Assembly (NCBI RefSeq): GCF_030013595.1
Contig: NZ_CP122768.1
Reading direction: 5' to 3' (one strand)
Origin: Escherichia coli
GTDB taxonomy: Bacteria; Pseudomonadota; Gammaproteobacteria; Enterobacterales; Enterobacteriaceae
Length of the DNA: 64,000 bases
In this document: positions 60,700 to 64,000 of the stretch, in pieces
How positions within the stretch are numbered: the stretch's first letter is position 1
How the letters are laid out: every line of letters starts with the position of its first letter
The notes under the pieces: model-generated
Seen by the model: the letters and a program-made list of their open reading frames with translations, nothing else
Database searches by the model: none
Told to the model about the DNA's origin: nothing
Position numbers and translations under genes: made by a program

Positions 60700-61890
60700 G
60701 TGACCACCCGACAGCATTCGTCGTTTGCTATTGTTTTTATCCTTGGCCTGCTGGCCATGTTGATGCCGCTGTCGATTGATATGTATCTGCCTGCGCTACC
60801 GGTAATTTCAGCGCAGTTTGGCGTACCGGCGGGCAGTACGCAGATGACCCTCAGTACTTATATTCTGGGCTTTGCGTTGGGGCAGTTAATCTACGGGCCG
60901 ATGGCAGACAGCTTCGGGCGTAAGCCGGTGGTTCTTGGCGGTACGCTGGTGTTTGCCGCCGCCGCGGTGGCGTGTGCGTTGGCACAAACTATCGAGCAGC
61001 TGATTGTGATGCGTTTCTTCCACGGACTGGCGGCTGCTGCGGCCAGCGTGGTTATCAACGCTTTAATGCGTGATATCTACCCGAAAGAAGAGTTCTCGCG
61101 GATGATGTCGTTTGTCATGCTGGTGACGACCATTGCACCGCTGATGGCACCGATAGTTGGCGGCTGGGTACTGGTGTGGCTGAGCTGGCATTACATCTTC
61201 TGGATCCTCGCCGTGGCGGCGATTCTGGCTTCGGCAATGATTTTCTTCCTGATTAAAGAAACGTTGCCGCCAGAGCGTCGTCAGCCATTTCACATTCGTA
61301 CCACTATTGGTAACTTTGCGGCGCTGTTCCGTCATAAGCGTGTCCTGAGTTATATGCTTGCCAGTGGTTTCAGCTTTGCCGGGATGTTCTCGTTCTTAAG
61401 CGCCGGACCGTTTGTCTACATTGAAATTAACCACGTCGCGCCGGAAAACTTTGGTTATTACTTTGCGCTAAACATTGTTTTCCTGTTCGTGATGACCATC
61501 TTTAACAGCCGCTTCGTCCGCCGAATTGGCGCGTTAAATATGTTCCGCTCGGGGTTGTGGATACAGTTTATTATGGCGGCGTGGATGGTCATCAGTGCGC
61601 TGCTGGGGCTGGGATTCTGGTCGCTGGTGGTTGGCGTTGCGGCGTTTGTGGGCTGCGTGTCGATGGTGTCATCTAATGCGATGGCGGTCATTCTTGATGA
61701 GTTTCCCCATATGGCGGGAACGGCATCTTCGCTGGCAGGAACCTTCCGTTTCGGCATAGGGGCAATTGTTGGCGCATTGCTTTCTCTTGCGACCTTTAAC
61801 TCTGCATGGCCGATGATTTGGTCAATTGCATTCTGCGCAACCAGCTCCATTCTCTTCTGTCTGTACGCCAGTCGGCCGAAAAAACGGTGA
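60700..61890 (+). CDS. bcr: MFS multidrug (bicyclomycin/sulfonamide) efflux transporter Bcr
   Basis: 396 aa with a GTG start and 12 transmembrane segments. It carries MFS motif A ([11 protein letters not shown]). Confidence 0.9.
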   Translation: MTTRQHSSFAIVFILGLLAMLMPLSIDMYLPALPVISAQFGVPAGSTQMTLSTYILGFALGQLIYGPMADSFGRKPVVLGGTLVFAAAAVACALAQTIEQLIVMRFFHGLAAAAASVVINALMRDIYPKEEFSRMMSFVMLVTTIAPLMAPIVGGWVLVWLSWHYIFWILAVAAILASAMIFFLIKETLPPERRQPFHIRTTIGNFAALFRHKRVLSYMLASGFSFAGMFSFLSAGPFVYIEINHVAPENFGYYFALNIVFLFVMTIFNSRFVRRIGALNMFRSGLWIQFIMAAWMVISALLGLGFWSLVVGVAAFVGCVSMVSSNAMAVILDEFPHMAGTASSLAGTFRFGIGAIVGALLSLATFNSAWPMIWSIAFCATSSILFCLYASRPKKR

Positions 61891-62222
61891 TCTATTGCAC
61901 AACGAGGAAGCTAAAAGGCTTCCTTTGTTGATGCATGTCAACCATAAATCCATCATTCCCCCGATATATGTTTATTTTATGTAAAATCAATTTATGTAAA
62001 AAGTCACATCATTGTAGTTAAAAAGGTTGAGTTAGATCGCAGAAACGGGTACATATAGCCCCGCAAACGTGACCACGCCCGCAGATATTATTTAAATCAG
62101 AGCCATAGAGGCCACGCTGGCGAGGCATCAATCTTTACGATCTGTATAAAGACGGATTGTTGATGATGTGTTAAAGTTGATGTAAACAAATTGTGAAGTA
62201 AATGTGCTTCCGGGGAAAATAA

Positions 62223-62567
62223 GTGACTTCATTACAACTCTCAATCGTCCATCGACTGCCGCAGAACTATCGCTGGTCTGCTGGTTTCGCAGGTTCGAAG
62301 GTTGAACCGATTCCGCAAAATGGACCGTGCGGTGACAACAGCCTGGTGGCGCTTAAATTGCTTAGCCCGGATGGCGATAATGCATGGTCGGTGATGTACA
62401 AACTCAGCCAGGCGTTAAGCGACATCGAAGTTCCATGCTCGGTACTGGAGTGTGAAGGTGAGCCGTGCCTGTTTGTAAATCGCCAGGACGAGTTTGCAGC
62501 AACATGCCGATTGAAAAATTTTGGTGTGGCAATTGCCGAACCCTTTTCAAACTACAATCCTTTTTAA
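62223..62567 (+). CDS. yejG: uncharacterised protein YejG
   Basis: 114 aa with a GTG start. Recognised from sequence and position. Confidence 0.8.
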
Positions 62568-62570
62568 GCG

Positions 62571-64000
62571 TCAGCTCAACGCCAGTAGCTGACGCGTATA
62601 CTCCTGCTGCGGTGCGGCAAACACGCGCGCGCACGGTCCTTGTTCCACTACTTCCCCTTGTCGCAGTACGATAACCTGATGACATAACGCGCGGACAACG
62701 TGCAAATCGTGACTGATAAACAAATAGGCCAATTGATGCTTCTGTTGCAATGATTTCAATAGCGTCAATATTTGCGCCTGTACCGTTTTGTCGAGCGATG
62801 ATGTTGGTTCATCGAGTATGATCAGCGAGGGCTTAAGAATTAACGCCCTGGCAATCGCAATACGTTGCCGCTGACCACCAGAGAACTCCGCTGGATAACG
62901 GTGGCGTGTTTCAGGATCTAATCCCACTTCATGCATCACGGCTATCACTTGTTGTTCGCGTTGTACGGCAGAAAGCGTCGGCTGTTGAACCCGTAAGCCT
63001 TCCTCAATAATTTGCAAAACGTTGAGTCGTGGGTTGAGCGAGGAGTTTGGATCCTGAAATACCACCTGAATGCGATGACGAATAGGTAACAGCTGGCGGC
63101 GATTTAAATTTTGCAGTGGCTGACCGTCAAAGATAATGCTGCCCTGAGAATTAATCAGTCGCAGCAGCGCCAGTCCCGTCGTGCTTTTCCCGGAACCTGA
63201 CTCGCCTACTAAACCCAGTGTTTCACCCGCCCGTAGCGTAAAACTGATGTTTTTCACCACCACATTATGATCCACAATGCGCTTCAAAATCCCTTTGCGA
63301 ATGGGGAAGGCAACCTGAAGCTGTTCAACATCCAGCAACGTTGAGGCAGGTTCTGGCAATGGCACCGGGTCGCCTGACGGTTCACTGTTGAGTAGCCTTT
63401 GTGTGTAAGGATGAGTGGGTGAGGCAAATAGCGTAGCGGCGTTATTTTGCTCGACACAGCGACCGTTTTGCATTACCGCCACGCGGTGGGCTAGTTTTCT
63501 GACAATGCTGAGGTTATGAGTAATAAACAGCATGCCCATATTCAGCTCGCCTTGCAGTTCGCGCAACAGCTGTAAAATCTGCGCCTGGACAGAGACGTCC
63601 AGCGCGGTGGTCGGTTCATCGGCAATTAATAATTCCGGTCGCGTTAACAGCGCCATCGCAATCATCACCCGCTGGCGTTCGCCGCCGGAGAGCTGATGCG
63701 GATAATCTGTCAGCCGTTTTGCCGCCTGGCGGATACCGACGCGATCAAGGCAGTTAAGAATTTCGCCACGAGCCGCTTCCCGACGCATCCCGCGGTGGAG
63801 TGAAAGCACTTCATAAAGCTGTTTTTCCAGGGTATGCAATGGATTTAACGACACCATCGGTTCCTGAAAAATCATGGCAATCTTATTACCGCGTACACCG
63901 CGTAACGTTTGATCGCTGGCATGAAGCAGCGATTCGCCATGAAAACGAATATCGCCGGAGAGATATTCAACCGGCGGGGAAGGGAGCAGGCGTAAAATTG
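62571..64000 (-). CDS. yejF: ABC transporter ATPase YejF (two ATPase domains), N-terminus outside the window
   Basis: The frame stays open to the window edge; upstream residues read ...[17 protein letters not shown]. The C-terminal domain has a full Walker A (GESGSGKS). The window also holds both ABC signatures ([16 protein letters not shown]) and both Walker B boxes. Confidence 0.9.
   Translation of the reverse strand, partial: ILRLLPSPPVEYLSGDIRFHGESLLHASDQTLRGVRGNKIAMIFQEPMVSLNPLHTLEKQLYEVLSLHRGMRREAARGEILNCLDRVGIRQAAKRLTDYPHQLSGGERQRVMIAMALLTRPELLIADEPTTALDVSVQAQILQLLRELQGELNMGMLFITHNLSIVRKLAHRVAVMQNGRCVEQNNAATLFASPTHPYTQRLLNSEPSGDPVPLPEPASTLLDVEQLQVAFPIRKGILKRIVDHNVVVKNISFTLRAGETLGLVGESGSGKSTTGLALLRLINSQGSIIFDGQPLQNLNRRQLLPIRHRIQVVFQDPNSSLNPRLNVLQIIEEGLRVQQPTLSAVQREQQVIAVMHEVGLDPETRHRYPAEFSGGQRQRIAIARALILKPSLIILDEPTSSLDKTVQAQILTLLKSLQQKHQLAYLFISHDLHVVRALCHQVIVLRQGEVVEQGPCARVFAAPQQEYTRQLLALS

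Overview
This window is an Escherichia coli-type chromosomal segment. It is colinear, in inverted orientation, with the K-12 map interval yfaS-yfaQ-yfaP / atoBEAD-atoCS / rcsC-rcsB-rcsD / micF-ompC / apbE-ada-alkB-yojI-mqo / eco / napFDAGHBC-ccmABCDEFGH / narP / yejO / proL / yejM-yejL-yejK-rplY-yejH-rsuA-bcr-yejG-yejF. Gene calls rest on my recognition of the translated ORFs and on gene order; no database search was possible. Almost all of the window is ordinary core genome.

The one accessory region is a block of about 10.2 kb (about 43973-54171) inserted at the 3' end of tRNA-Pro (proL), between proL and yejO. I read it as a non-autonomous, phage-satellite-like integrative island (PICI-like or P4-family-like). 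On one strand it carries:
- a P4-type tyrosine integrase, an AlpA-family regulator, an Icd-like small protein and three copies of a ~55-aa module of unknown function;
- a RepA/AAA_25-type helicase followed by an AT-rich iteron origin;
- a FinO/ProQ-domain RNA-chaperone homolog translationally coupled to a PerC-like regulator;
- after tandem terminators, a late-looking module with a DUF2213-like (scaffold/protease-like) protein and a protein with a lambda Nu1-like HTH;
- finally about 1.3 kb of ORF-poor, highly repetitive DNA holding a second iteron array and a weak lambda cosN-like motif.

The island has no capsid, tail or lysis genes and no recognisable defence enzymes. The most interesting unexplained items are the FinO-domain protein with a possible antisense sRNA, the triplicated module, the two distinct iteron arrays, and the repeat-rich non-coding end of the island. 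All functional readings of island genes are inference from motifs and need HMM or BLAST and experimental confirmation.
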